The translations under genes and the position numbers were made by a program. Below, in pieces: positions 19,059 through 31,500 of a stretch of 64,000 nucleotides of DNA. Numbering within the stretch: position 1 is the first letter of the stretch; each line of letters starts with the position of its first letter. Below the pieces are notes generated by a model. That model was given only the letters and a program-made list of their open reading frames with translations, did no database searches and was not told the origin of the DNA. This stretch comes from a virus. Lineage: Duplodnaviria; Caudoviricetes. The DNA lies in IMG/VR virus record IMGVR_UViG_3300034019_000517, positions 2,056-66,055 of that record; one strand, given 5' to 3'.

Positions 19059-19488
19059 ACGTAATCTTACTGCTGTCTTAGAGAAAGCAGAGGCCCAGTT
19101 TCGCAGTGAAATTCCTGCTAAAATTTTTAATCTTTGGAAACAGCGTTTTTCAGAATATGCAACACAAGAACTAATAGATAGATTCCATAAAGCTATGCCA
19201 CACAGTTGGCACGATCTTTTAGTTCGTGGTTTTACTTGGGATCATACCCCAGAACGTTCTAGATTTTGGTCTCCGGTAGGAATGAAAGATTGGGATGATT
19301 ATACAGTAAAAGAGTTTTTAAATGAACTAGAAGATGATACTTCTCTTCTTTTAAAACGAAAACTTACTAAATTACGCTTGACTCAAAAACAAAGTACTAC
19401 AATTAGATTAAGTACTTTAAAAGAGACTATTGCTGAAGCGCACGATAAAGAAGCTAAATACTTACAATCTTTAGTAGGAACATTTTAA
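19051..19488 (+). CDS. Hypothetical protein
   Basis: 145 aa; GFTWDHTPERSRFW motif; last gene of the + arm. Confidence 0.7.
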   Translation: MSKRNLTAVLEKAEAQFRSEIPAKIFNLWKQRFSEYATQELIDRFHKAMPHSWHDLLVRGFTWDHTPERSRFWSPVGMKDWDDYTVKEFLNELEDDTSLLLKRKLTKLRLTQKQSTTIRLSTLKETIAEAHDKEAKYLQSLVGTF

Positions 19489-19498
19489 AAAGGAATAT

Positions 19499-19532
19499 AG
19501 ACCCAGTACTAACGCTACTGGGTCTTTTTTTT
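19499..19532. terminator. Terminator at the convergence of the two gene arms
   Basis: AGACCCAGTA-CTAACGC-TACTGGGTCT then a T-tract, in the 50-bp gap between convergent genes; T-tract strongest on +. Confidence 0.85.
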
Positions 19533-19538
19533 CACTGG

Positions 19539-22500
19539 CTATTCAAGTATAGAATCCGCTTGAGTTTTCCACTTGTTAACGTTGTTTACTATCGGAAATG
19601 CCTTATAAGTATTACGTTGTACTTTTTCCCAGTCAGTATCTTCTGTAAACAATTCTTCCTGTGTTGTATCAAAGGCCTCTACAAAGTCAATGACCGTTCT
19701 AAATACAGGTAGTGGATTTTTTATAATTTGCTCAAACGTAGAAGGATTTATATAAAAGTATAAATCTGCAGCAACACGAGAAAACTGGTTCATCATCATA
19801 TGATAAGCAGCTTTAGTTACTTCGTCTTCATCATCTTCAAAAGCATATTTTAATCCCCACATAAATGCAGTAAGTAATGCTAAGAAAGCTAATTCAGATA
19901 AGTTCTTTCTCATATTTTCAATAGCTGTATCTACATTAAATTCTCCACCTTCTGCAGCAGATTTACGTATAAGCTCAAACGCTTTATCAGGATCGTTCAT
20001 ATAAAGTAACTGACGGCCCAGGGTAAACAAAGACCTTAACGCTCCTATATCTCCGTATGTTGCCCAACGTCCTCTTACTACACGTCCTAGTTGTTCATCC
20101 ATATCTTCTTTTTCAAAGCGAGAAGCAATACCTTCCGGCATCCAACTTCTGAACTGCATAAGCATTTGTCCTAGTATGGTCTTCTTAATCAAAATAGGAG
20201 AGTTAGGATCATAGTTACCGTGGATACGTTTAATTAACTGTATCATCTTATTTCTGAAAGCTTTAAAGTCTTTCATCTCAGTATCTATGTCTCCGCTCCA
20301 GTTTTCATTTAAACCAAACTCTGTAGCATTCCATTCTCCATCTGCGTTAAATGCCTCAAAAAGCGTACGTTCTTTACCGTTTACGTCAGTTACTTTTTCA
20401 TGTAGTAACATAGCAACCATGGTCATACCTTGTACAAAATATTCAGAACGTTTTTGTAGTTCATATGGGGCCCACTTAGAAAACCAAGTTCTACGTTTTG
20501 AAGACTTATTATATGCAGCTTCGTTTACTTCAAATAACACGTCAAACTTATCCATTAGTGCGGCTACCTTTTTAGCTACATCTGATGTTAATGGAATTCC
20601 GGTATTGTCTTGTACTGATTTACCGCTTGCATGTAACATAATTGTCCAGGCTTTCATCATTGAAGAGTTGTCAAAATCTCTACGTCCATTAGCATGGATA
20701 AAGTTTGCCATAACTCCAAATCCGATATTACTGAAAGCACTGAAGATATTGTATCCCATTCCTTTTAACTGAGTTACTTGCATAAGTTGTCTCAGTGCTT
20801 TAGAATGAGTATATAAACGATAATCCAGAGTTTTCATCTGTTCTTCAAGCTCTTCTTTCTTTTCTAAGTAGTCAGCTAAACTCATAGAATCTTTAGACTG
20901 TTCAAGCTCTACTAATTCTCGTACGATTGCTTCATGTAGTTTTTTCATTTCAGGATCAGCAAACAATTTCTGATTAGTCTGTCCTATTTCTACGTTTCTA
21001 TTACCGTATAAGCTAGCATCTATTAAGTACTGAAGACTTTTGTTTAGATTTTCCAGACCTTTAGACTTGGTAAAGAACTTCTTTTTTGTTTTATCGTAGA
21101 TATTTTTACCGCCGGCATCTACTACAACTTCAGCAGCATTTTCTACAACACGCTTAGTTAATAGAGATATATCTTCTACTACACTCTTATGCTGATAGTT
21201 ATACGCCATATGACCGAATAATCCTAAGATGTCAAACAAATCTTTAGATTGCATTTCATCCGCTGCATTTACTTCTTGTACGTGTTTACTATCTACACCT
21301 GACACTAATCTATTTTCTACAACTACTTTTTTAGTTATAGGGTTTAAGTAGTTAAACGGTACTTCTTCAACTGTACGGTCACCAATAGTTAATGCGCTAC
21401 CAGTAATAGGAGCAGTTCCTAATCCAAAAATTGCTTCACTCTTTAAATGTTGCATACCTATTTTAGTTCCACCTTCTAGGAAGCTTTTTAAAAGATCTTT
21501 ACGAACCTTAGGTAGGAAGTTATCATAGATACGATTTTTATGCTTTAAATGAGCTGGAATTAAGTCCATAAACATAGAAAGCTTATCTCTGTACCAGTTA
21601 TAAAACTCTTTTAGATCAGGATCATTTTGAATAGTAGTCCAGTTAGAATCAAAGTACTTAGTATTAGCTGAGTTTCTAGGAGCTATTACAAGACGGCTAT
21701 AATTCTTACGATCGTGCATAATATCAGATACCTGGTCATTCATGATTTCATCAAATGCTGCGAATGGAGAATTACGTTCTTTCCATTGTAATAAAGCTTC
21801 ACTTTTCATACTATCAGTAAATGAAGAATCTAAAGTTTGCTGAATATCTAAGTTTAACTTAATGCTAGCAAGCTGTTTCCAATAGTGCTCTACTTTAGAT
21901 TTAGCTTGAGCAACTAATTCTGTAGCTCTTTCTGGACCTACTTCTTGCTCGAGATATTTTAAGTACTCATCTTTTTGGGCTGCATCGTATAGTTTATAGA
22001 TGTCAATAATAATAGCCTCAGTATTAGCAAATCGTCTAAATTGAGCAATCTTACCTTTTACTTTATGTAGTTTATTACTACCGGCTGCAAAAGCTACCGA
22101 GCGTTTAAGTGCACTAACATCTTTATGCCATTGAACACTTTCTAACGTAACCATATTACCAGTCCATTCTCCTTCATGACGTTGTAAAAAGACTTCGAAT
22201 TTATGTTTACGATAGCCTTCGGTACCCATAAACCACGTACGTTTGTCTTCTATTTCTTTAAGGAGCGCTGCAGATTTATAGTTTGCATCCCTAGCTGTAC
22301 TTTGAAGTACTTTGGCTAAGAAAGAGGTTACTGGGTTACCTTGTCTTGAAGCATCTAATCCATAGGCAGCACCTGTGGAAATGTCTTTAAGTTGTTTAAG
22401 CCCAGAAGGCGGCATATTAGCACTAGTTTCATTAGTAATACGGTTAGCTACTAATGTTCTAGCTATCTTTTCCCACTTAATCTCATTAGCAGTTATTCTA

Positions 22501-25500
22501 TTTTCAAGTAAATCCAACGTACGTGCAAACTCATCATTAGGTGTTTCAATATCTAGGTTGAATAATGCAGTACGAATGTTTTTCCATGCATCCAGAGTCT
22601 CAATAATTTGTTGTAGTTGGCTATCGGTAAGATGGCTTCTATTCAACATATTTTCTACCCAGGTTAAACTACGTCCTACGGCTTCTAGTATTTCTGCAAT
22701 AGTAGGAGTCTTATTAAGATTATTAATTTCAGCTTCGAGTCTGGTAATTTCTAGTTCATACACAGCAGCATTTTTCTGATCTTTTAATGCTGATTTTTTT
22801 AACTGATGTATACGTGTTCTAATACGTCCAATAATCTCTTTGTACGTTGAATCTTGATTACTACTTATTGCAAACTCGCTGTCTTTAAACTGGTTATCGT
22901 GTTCAGTAGTTTTGCTTGATAACGAGTATACTTTTTTAGTAGTTCTTGTAAATGCAGTATACTTTGCACGGTTTATGGTTTTGTAGTCTGTCTCAAGTCG
23001 TGTAGTTACTTTACCATTAACGACTACATTTTTCTTCATCTTTTCTAAATTGTTCTCATCTACGAATACATGGGTTATATCTTGACCTTGTACTTTATGT
23101 GCAGTAGTAGCATATGAATAGTCCATGTTACGTGTAAGAGTTTTTGTAGTATTATTTTTTGTTCTTAACACAGTATCTGTAAGAATAATAATACTACCAT
23201 GCAAATCCCAAAATGCATCCCAGTTTTTAGTCAATTTAGCATTAGCACGTGCTTCTTCTAGTAATTCAGAATACATTACTATGTTATCTGGTTTTGTATA
23301 GTCTAAGACAAAGAATTTTTTATTTACGTCTTCAAACATTACTGTATACCCAGTTAATCCAGTATGATGTGTATCTGGTTTAACGTAGTTAATACGTTGA
23401 TAACTAGAATTTGGCATAACTACATCATAACCTTTTTTAAAGGATGCGTATGTAAATAATACTTCACCAACAGAAACTAAATAAGGGTCTGTGGGTCTTA
23501 ATTTTTTACGCAACCACTTATTATATTGTTCTACTTTAGGATTAGTAAACGCTATAACTTTTGCATGCAGTGGGTTACTTTGAAATTCTTCAGAACTAAA
23601 AGCAGCCATTAATGTATCTTCCCATGCTTGTCTATCTGTTTCAGTATCAGAATTAAAAAATACAATTCCTTCTTCTGTATTAGGGTTAACCATAGTAGCA
23701 TGAGTAAATGCATCTTTAGTAGATTCTAGATCATTCCTAATAGCAGTTACAACATCTAAGATAGGATTACTATTATTTTGACGTTCAACTATAGTTAGTT
23801 GATAACTATTAGGCAGTATATAAGACACAGGAGATTCATCTTCTCCAGGAGGGGGTAACTGTGCCGGATCTCCTATAAATATAATTTTAAGATTAGTATG
23901 CTTTTTCATTTCTAAAAGCAGGAATTTTAAAAGGTCTTTATTCACCATAGAATACTCATCTATAATAAGAATATCCAATTTTGGCAATAAAGGAGGATTT
24001 TTAGCATCGAATTTTATATTATCGATATCAAATTCATCTGCTTTATAATCTGGGGCTAATCCTAAAATTGAAGCTAAAGTCGTACCAGGAAACTGAGTAG
24101 TTTGCTTAACTTTATTTGTAGCAGCATGTGAAATAGCACTAACTGCTATTTTTTTACGTCTGCCTTTTAAAACTTCTTTAATGATAGTAGTTTTACCAGT
24201 TCCTGCATATCCTTTTAGTACAAATGTTCTTTGATCTGGGGTAGCATCAGAAGGTATAACTTTATCTAGAAATACATTGATAATACTAAGAGCTTCTACT
24301 TGTTGAACATTCAGTGTAATTTGTTTTCCAGACTCTAATTTAACTACGTGTTTAGGTGCTTCTACTACAGGACTATCGTTTACAGGAGGGCCTACAGGTG
24401 CTGTTTTTTTCCCAGGGCCCATTTCAGTAGAGTCTTTTTTGTCAATAAGCGAAAGTATATCATGAATAGATGAATATAGAACTGTGTTGTCAATATTCTT
24501 CCCTAATTTAGCTGCAATTGTTTCAATGTATTTAGTAAATAACTCTACAATACGTTCCCATAATGTCTGAGTGCTATTAAACGGCATTTCAGCTAATACT
24601 TTTTGAAAATCTTCATTAGTCATAACTCCGGTTATAAACTCATGAATATTAAACAACGGGTACACAGTTTTAAAGTAAGGCTCATCTGTAGGAAACTTAG
24701 GAGTTCCAGTCTCAGAATCTCTTTGTATCTCCGCTTCCATAATTAACTTAGTTACTTTAGCATACTTTGGATCTTTAAGCAGTTTTTGACGTGCTATATC
24801 CATTAAAGTATATAAGTTTCTAATGAGTTTTTTATCGTACTCTGATAATGGAGGCAGGCTTTCTAGATACTCTTTAAATACTTTATCCCTTTTACTTCTA
24901 AAAAATCCTCTACCTTTTTTATGTTCAAACTCGTATTGGTATAATTTAATAGAACTTAGCCCATGGAACAACTCATGAAAGACTGATTCTGCATAATGTT
25001 CTAAGCTTCTAATCTTAGGTTCATTAATAAAGATATCCATCTTAACTTCATTTGTACTAGTGTACAGACCCCAACTAGCTGTAGAAATGAATTCAGGGTT
25101 ATTGATAGTACTGAATGTAGTTTTTTTAGCAAATATGTCTTTAAAAAACTCCATTGTCTCTATTAACAACATGTTACTAGGAGTAGGAATTTTACTTTCA
25201 ATCTCACTAAATATTTTTGGTAATGCAGATTCTAAAGTTTCCTGTTCAGCAAGATCTGGTATAAACTTAAGTTTCGGCTTATTGTCAAATGTGAGTAGTA
25301 CATTTGTGGAACCAGCTGGGCTTTCAGGATTTGGATTTAACGTATCATCAGTAGTTTTTGTAGGTGCAGCAATTTTAACTACAGGAACTAAACTCTGTGG
25401 AATATTTACTTTTGGATTATCAGCTAAAAGACTTGGTTGATAGTCTGTTAGAGTTAAATTACCATCGTACTCACTTATAAAAGAATTACCTAATACAGGA

Positions 25501-28500
25501 ATTCTTTTGTAAATTATATCGTTGTTCACATCTACACCTTGACGTTCGTACAAAATCCATGTGTTGTTCTGTAGATTCCTAACTGATAAATAGGTAGGAA
25601 CCACAGTTCCTTGCACCCCAGGGATAGTTAATTTTAATCTATCTGCTGATTTAGGGAAGGTATCTTTTTCCGGATTAGTAAGACGAATTACGCTTTGATC
25701 TGCAGTAACTAAAGATACTTGATTAGTGATATTCACATCTAACTGAATAGCTTCTTCTGGATTATGCTGAAAGAATTGCTTTAATAAAACTTGTGGATCG
25801 TCTTCAGTGTTTTCAAATTCTTTTAGTTTCGCAACGACCCCAGTTTCAATTAATACTTGAACAGGAGCGTATTTTAAGAAGTTAAGAGCATTTTGAACTC
25901 CTCCGGTAACTATTAGATATGTTACTAAATCTAACGCTAGTTCTTTTTGTATAGGGTCATTAGATACTAATAAATCCACAAAAGCTTTAATGTTATCGCT
26001 TTCATCGATGTTAGTAGATGTAGCAGCATAATAAGATACGGTATCTATATCATTTAATTTACCGGCAAATTTTGGGTTTAAACGTTGTAAAAGAATGTTA
26101 CGTTTACCCCATTCTGTTGTTTTAGCTTGATGCAAACGTTTAGCCAGAGATTGGTCTCCAAACAGTAATTGCGTTCTTACAGCGTTTACATTTGGAATAG
26201 TTTTAGAAAACCCATAGGATTTATATGCTCGTGCTAATAGTCTTAATTTATCACTATTTACATGAGGTTCTCCGGTATTAAACTGATATACTCTACTTAA
26301 GCTTTTAAAGAATGGAGTTTCATAGAAGAACAATGGATTAAATAAAGACAAAGCCAAACGAGGCCCAAGGCGCAATGCTGTACCTATTTCTGTTTCAGTA
26401 TCTATTTCTGTCACAGGGTCTGTATTATAAATAAGGGCCTTAGAGTTAGCAATTAATGGGTTATCTAGTACTGTGTCAACTAATCCATTTCTATATACGG
26501 CATCAAATAAATCTTGGCCGGCACCTTTAGAATCTGTATTTATAACACTTTGAATTCTACTGAGTTCGTCTCCGTACGCAGATAATTCACTGAATAAAGC
26601 TAGTACTTTTAACTGATTAGTAATTTGTTCATCTGTGGGGTTTTCTAGAACTAACATATCTTTTAGCTCTTGAGGAGAAAACGATTTGTTTTCCATACCA
26701 TCAGAATCAACAACTCCGTTACTTAATTTTTCAATCCAACGTTTTGTTACTCTGTAAAACGCTTCATTTTCAAAATTACTGGTTTCACTACGAATTACTG
26801 TACTACGAAGTTTTTGTAGTTCATCTAAAAATTCTTTTACAACAGGTTGAGTTAAGAAGTACGCAATGTAATCTGGTGAAAGAATAGTTCCGTTATCAGT
26901 TTCTAATAAAGCTAGAACGATAGCTACTTTAAACGTATCGCTGTTAAGATTCAATTTATCTAACAATTGATCTTTAGCATTATCTACAGCTGCGGACTGA
27001 ATAGCAGAAATAATCTGTTGTTTTCTTATTGTAACTCCATTATATTCTACAGTTCCAACACCTGAGATGTTACTCATTAACAATTCGCCGGCCGGTCCTT
27101 TAAATCTAAAGTAACGCTTACTATCTCCAGCTTTTAAGTACATGTTTTTATCCTGGATAATAGCATTAAAGGTTGAAGCCAAAGACATTACAGCTACTCC
27201 TTTTTTACCATATCTGTTAGAAATAAATCCTACTTGTTGTCCGCGACGAGTAAAGAACCCGCCACTTTCTGTGTCTTGTTGGATTTCAGATACTTCTTTA
27301 GCTAAGTCTTGTAAGAATGGTTGATCTAAAGGTTCAACAATTCTAGAAAGCATTTTAGGATTAGTTAATACACTTAAGTGTATATCTACGTATAAGTTTT
27401 GAAGTTCTTTAGGATCTTCTCCTACTACAGTTGTTTTATTAGTTACTGCAGCTGAAGTTACTTTAGAAAACTTACCGTCTTTATAAGTATGATGGTACTG
27501 ATATACATAGAGTTTATCTACGTCAAAGTCAGCACCCATTTGAGTAGTAATACCGTTTGGTACTATAATCAAATTACCCATAGACTCTGGTAAAAAACCT
27601 ACAACTTCCATTGGTAACATTGATGAATGCCCTTGGTTAGGAATACGTGCACCGACCATAGTAAGAAGTTCTGCAGGTACCTTTTCAGGATCTAGTACAG
27701 TTCTTCCATCAGGAAGTTTCTTAGTTAATAGTGATACATCTACTAGGTTACCATTATCATCTCTAAAGAAAGAAGGAACTAATACTTGAGCTCCTAATAA
27801 CTTAGTTTTATTGTGGTTATTTCTTACATACTGGAGACCTTTAGAGAAATCAAAACCTTCGACAAATATGATACTGCTTTGGTCAGCTGCTTCTAGTTCA
27901 TTCCATTCTTTCATACCCTGGAGCCCTATACCGGCCGAACCTTGTACATATGAAAGTCCTTTCATCTTTTGATGTAGAATACGATTAGTAATCAAAGACA
28001 TCAACATACTTTCTAGTTTAGCTGCAGATGCGTTGAATCCTAGAGGAATAATAAACCCAGTTTTATCTGCGTTTAATTGTAAACTCATGATATCGTTTAT
28101 AGGGTATTTTCTACCCTTGGCCTCTTCTACTAGTGCTTTTTGAAGCTTAGTTATATCCTGAATACGTAAAACTCCTTCGTCATTAACTACGCCTAAATCA
28201 TCGAATAACTTATCAGCACCCATAGACATTAAACGTTGCTTAATGCCTTCCTTTAAAGCCTTTAATTCATGTCCTACATAGTTTTCTTTTTGACCAGGAA
28301 GAACGAACTTAGACATATTAAGAATACCCTCAAATAATAGTTTATTCATTTGACTAACTGTTACAATCTTCTGTTTATCAGGATCATAAGGGTTTTCTTG
28401 CTGTATTCTAAATCCACTTCTTGGAAGTTCAATAATAGAGTTACTTAAATCTAAGTTGTCTTTAACAGTTCCATCAGGATTATGAATCTCTGTGACTTTC

Positions 28501-31500
28501 ATAATACCTAATTTACTTGCAGATACGTAAGCAGCTCTATCTACACCGGCAGCTATCATAGCATCTAATAGCTTTTTAGTTTCGGTGTTTTTAATTAATT
28601 GAGGTATTAACGGGAATGAAGATGATTTGATATAATGCATTCTTCTAATAGAACGCTCAGAATCAAATACAGATTCTACATATACTGGTTTAACTGCACT
28701 CATAACAAGAGTGAGTTCTTCCGGAGTTAAAATAACATCTTCTTTATTAGCTTTAGCATTATCAATACGGTCTTTGAAGTTTTTGTATTCTTCATCTGTA
28801 AGCTGTCCGTATTTATGCATAACATGCAAATGTTCAGCTAATGTAGTAACCTCCTGGGCATCTGTGGTATTGATTTTATCATACCCAGATGCTGCACCCA
28901 AAGCTTCGGTGTATTCTGCTAATTGATAAGAAGCTACGACATTGTCTTTGAGTATGATGTATTTAATACGTTCATTTGGGTCAAAGTTACCATCTAACCC
29001 AGGAGCAATATCTTTAGCTAAACGTTTTTGATATTCAATAACTGCAGCTGCAATTCGTTCCTTACTTGGCTTATTTCTATCACTTGGTTTTTTAAGAGGC
29101 TTATGGTGTAATGCAGGATCTCCAGATACTAACTGAGCCATGTTCATATAAGCTACAATGCTATTAAATTCAATATCTAATGCTGCGTATAGAACTTTAT
29201 TGGCTAAAGAAACTGCTTGTATTTTAGGTATATTATTTAAGTAAGAAGCATCCATAAACACTTCTTTAGTCTGTAAATTAACAATACCCATCTGTGTCCA
29301 CCTTTCAACTGTTTTTAAAGCGGTTGTTTTAATATGTTCACTTACTAGTTTTACTGCTTTTTCCATGCCTGCAGGAGTTAATGTTAAATCATCTCCTGAC
29401 CAGATACCATCAGTATTTTCTAATTGATCTTTATTTAAAAATGGGAAGAAGTGAAATAACTCTGCACCTCCGTCATCATATCCGTTGATTTTATTTTCCG
29501 GAGTAATTTTATGTCTATTTTTTTGGTATTCAGTAATACGATGTGCTTCAGCTTGAATAAGCTTAACAATCGTAGCTTTAGTTTCATTGATAAAGCTTAA
29601 CTCATTATCTTCAATAACATATGCTAGTTCTTCACGTATTGTTTTTAAAATAGGAGTTGTAGTTTTATCTGAAATAGTTAACCATGGAATATAACAAACA
29701 CGTTGATCTTTACCTGTGGCCCCTTTAGTATCAAACAGTTGATTACGATTTTGGAATAAACCTAATACCCACACTTCCATATCTATGTCAGTCATTTCTT
29801 GACGAACAATCCCAGGACGTGAAGATTTTTGTTTCTTAATCGTATCAGCATAAAATACTTTGAACACTGAAGTACGGAACTTTTCACTCTCTTTTAATCG
29901 TGCTAAATAGATCGAATTTTTAGAAAAAGGATCTGCTTCTAACTGTTTAATAAGTGTTTTATCGTTATCTTTTAATCTTCGTAAAGTATGAGATAGATAA
30001 GTAGGTTTAGTAAACGACTGTTTAGTCTTACCATCTCCTCCTCTACTAGATGTAGGATATATATTTTTAGTAAACCTTTGTTCAATCTGTGCTAACTTTT
30101 TAAATGCACTATCGTTAATCAAAGGGTTGTTTTCTGTAAACGACTGGTCTTCGTTTGCATCTACTTCAGTATCTTCACCATCTATATAAGATAAACCTTG
30201 CATACTACGTCCGATATAGGAGAAGAGGCCTTTGGTAAAAAGAGCTTCGAATGAAGTGTTAAGTTCTTTAACGCTGTTTTTACGTAAATGGTCTATAGAC
30301 TCGTGACTTAGACTGATACCTATGATTTCTAATACTTCATTGATCTCAGCATTAGTTTTATTTGGATTACTAGCTAATCTAGCAAGTCCTTCATTATACC
30401 TAGCTACTTCATCCTGGTTAATAATTGCACCTTCTGCAGTAAAACGAACTAAAGGAAGTAACTTTTGGTTCTCAATCCAGATACTTAAAATACGTCTATC
30501 TAAACCAATACGGTTTGTTTCTAAAGGCGTTATTTGAGTCTTTTTAGTTTTTGTAGAACCTTTTCCTTCTGACCTAGTAATATACTTTACAGTAAGAAAT
30601 TCAGCTAGTGCATTTGAAAATGTAGTTACAAACTGGTTACGAAGACTTTCACTATCTAGTTTTTCTAGCTTTTCTACTACTTGCTGTAAACGAGGATTTA
30701 ATGCATGCTCCGTTTTCAATATAAGAAGCATAGATGCAAAATCATGTGGTTTACCCTGTAATGCACTTAATAACTCATTAAATACAATATCCACAGGTAC
30801 TAATACATTTAGTCCTAAATGGTTTTTTAGTTTATGAATAGTTCCATCTGGTTTGTACTCAGCATCTACTACTGTACGTAAAAAGAGTTTAAGCTTACCA
30901 GAGGCTGTTGACCGTTGATCTATTTCAAAGTGAGCACCATCATTAAACTTTACACGTTCATAGCTTGAACCTTCATATTGAAAATCATCCTCTAGTTCTT
31001 TTAATTCTCCTTCTGTGAGTACTTCTGAATGTGTACTCATATTGAATTTACCTTTTTTCATGGTAATTCCAATAGCTGTAAGTTCTTCTTTTGTATTCAA
31101 CACAAAAGCTTTCCAGTTACGTAAAACTAAGTCATACTCTTCTGCCATATCAGCTGCGGCGTCTTTTAATACTTCTGGAGACGCTGTTAAAGAGTCAATT
31201 CCAATAGCTTTGTAACGTGTAACAACTTCAGGTTTTGTAAAATCTATTTGACCACTGGTTAATAGATCCCATCTTTTTTTAGAATTCGCGTATACTTCAA
31301 ATGTTAAGTCGAATATTTCCGTAACAGTTTTACCTTGTTCTTGTAACCTAAATACATTAGCTAAAATACCGTCTATAATTGCTTTTTGCTTATAGCCTTT
31401 AATAGGTAGTTTAGTTTTAGAATCTACTATATATAAGTTTTCTACACTCTTAGTTAGTTTAACTTCTTGTTCAGAAGTAAGAGTGAGTGCAGAAGTAGAT

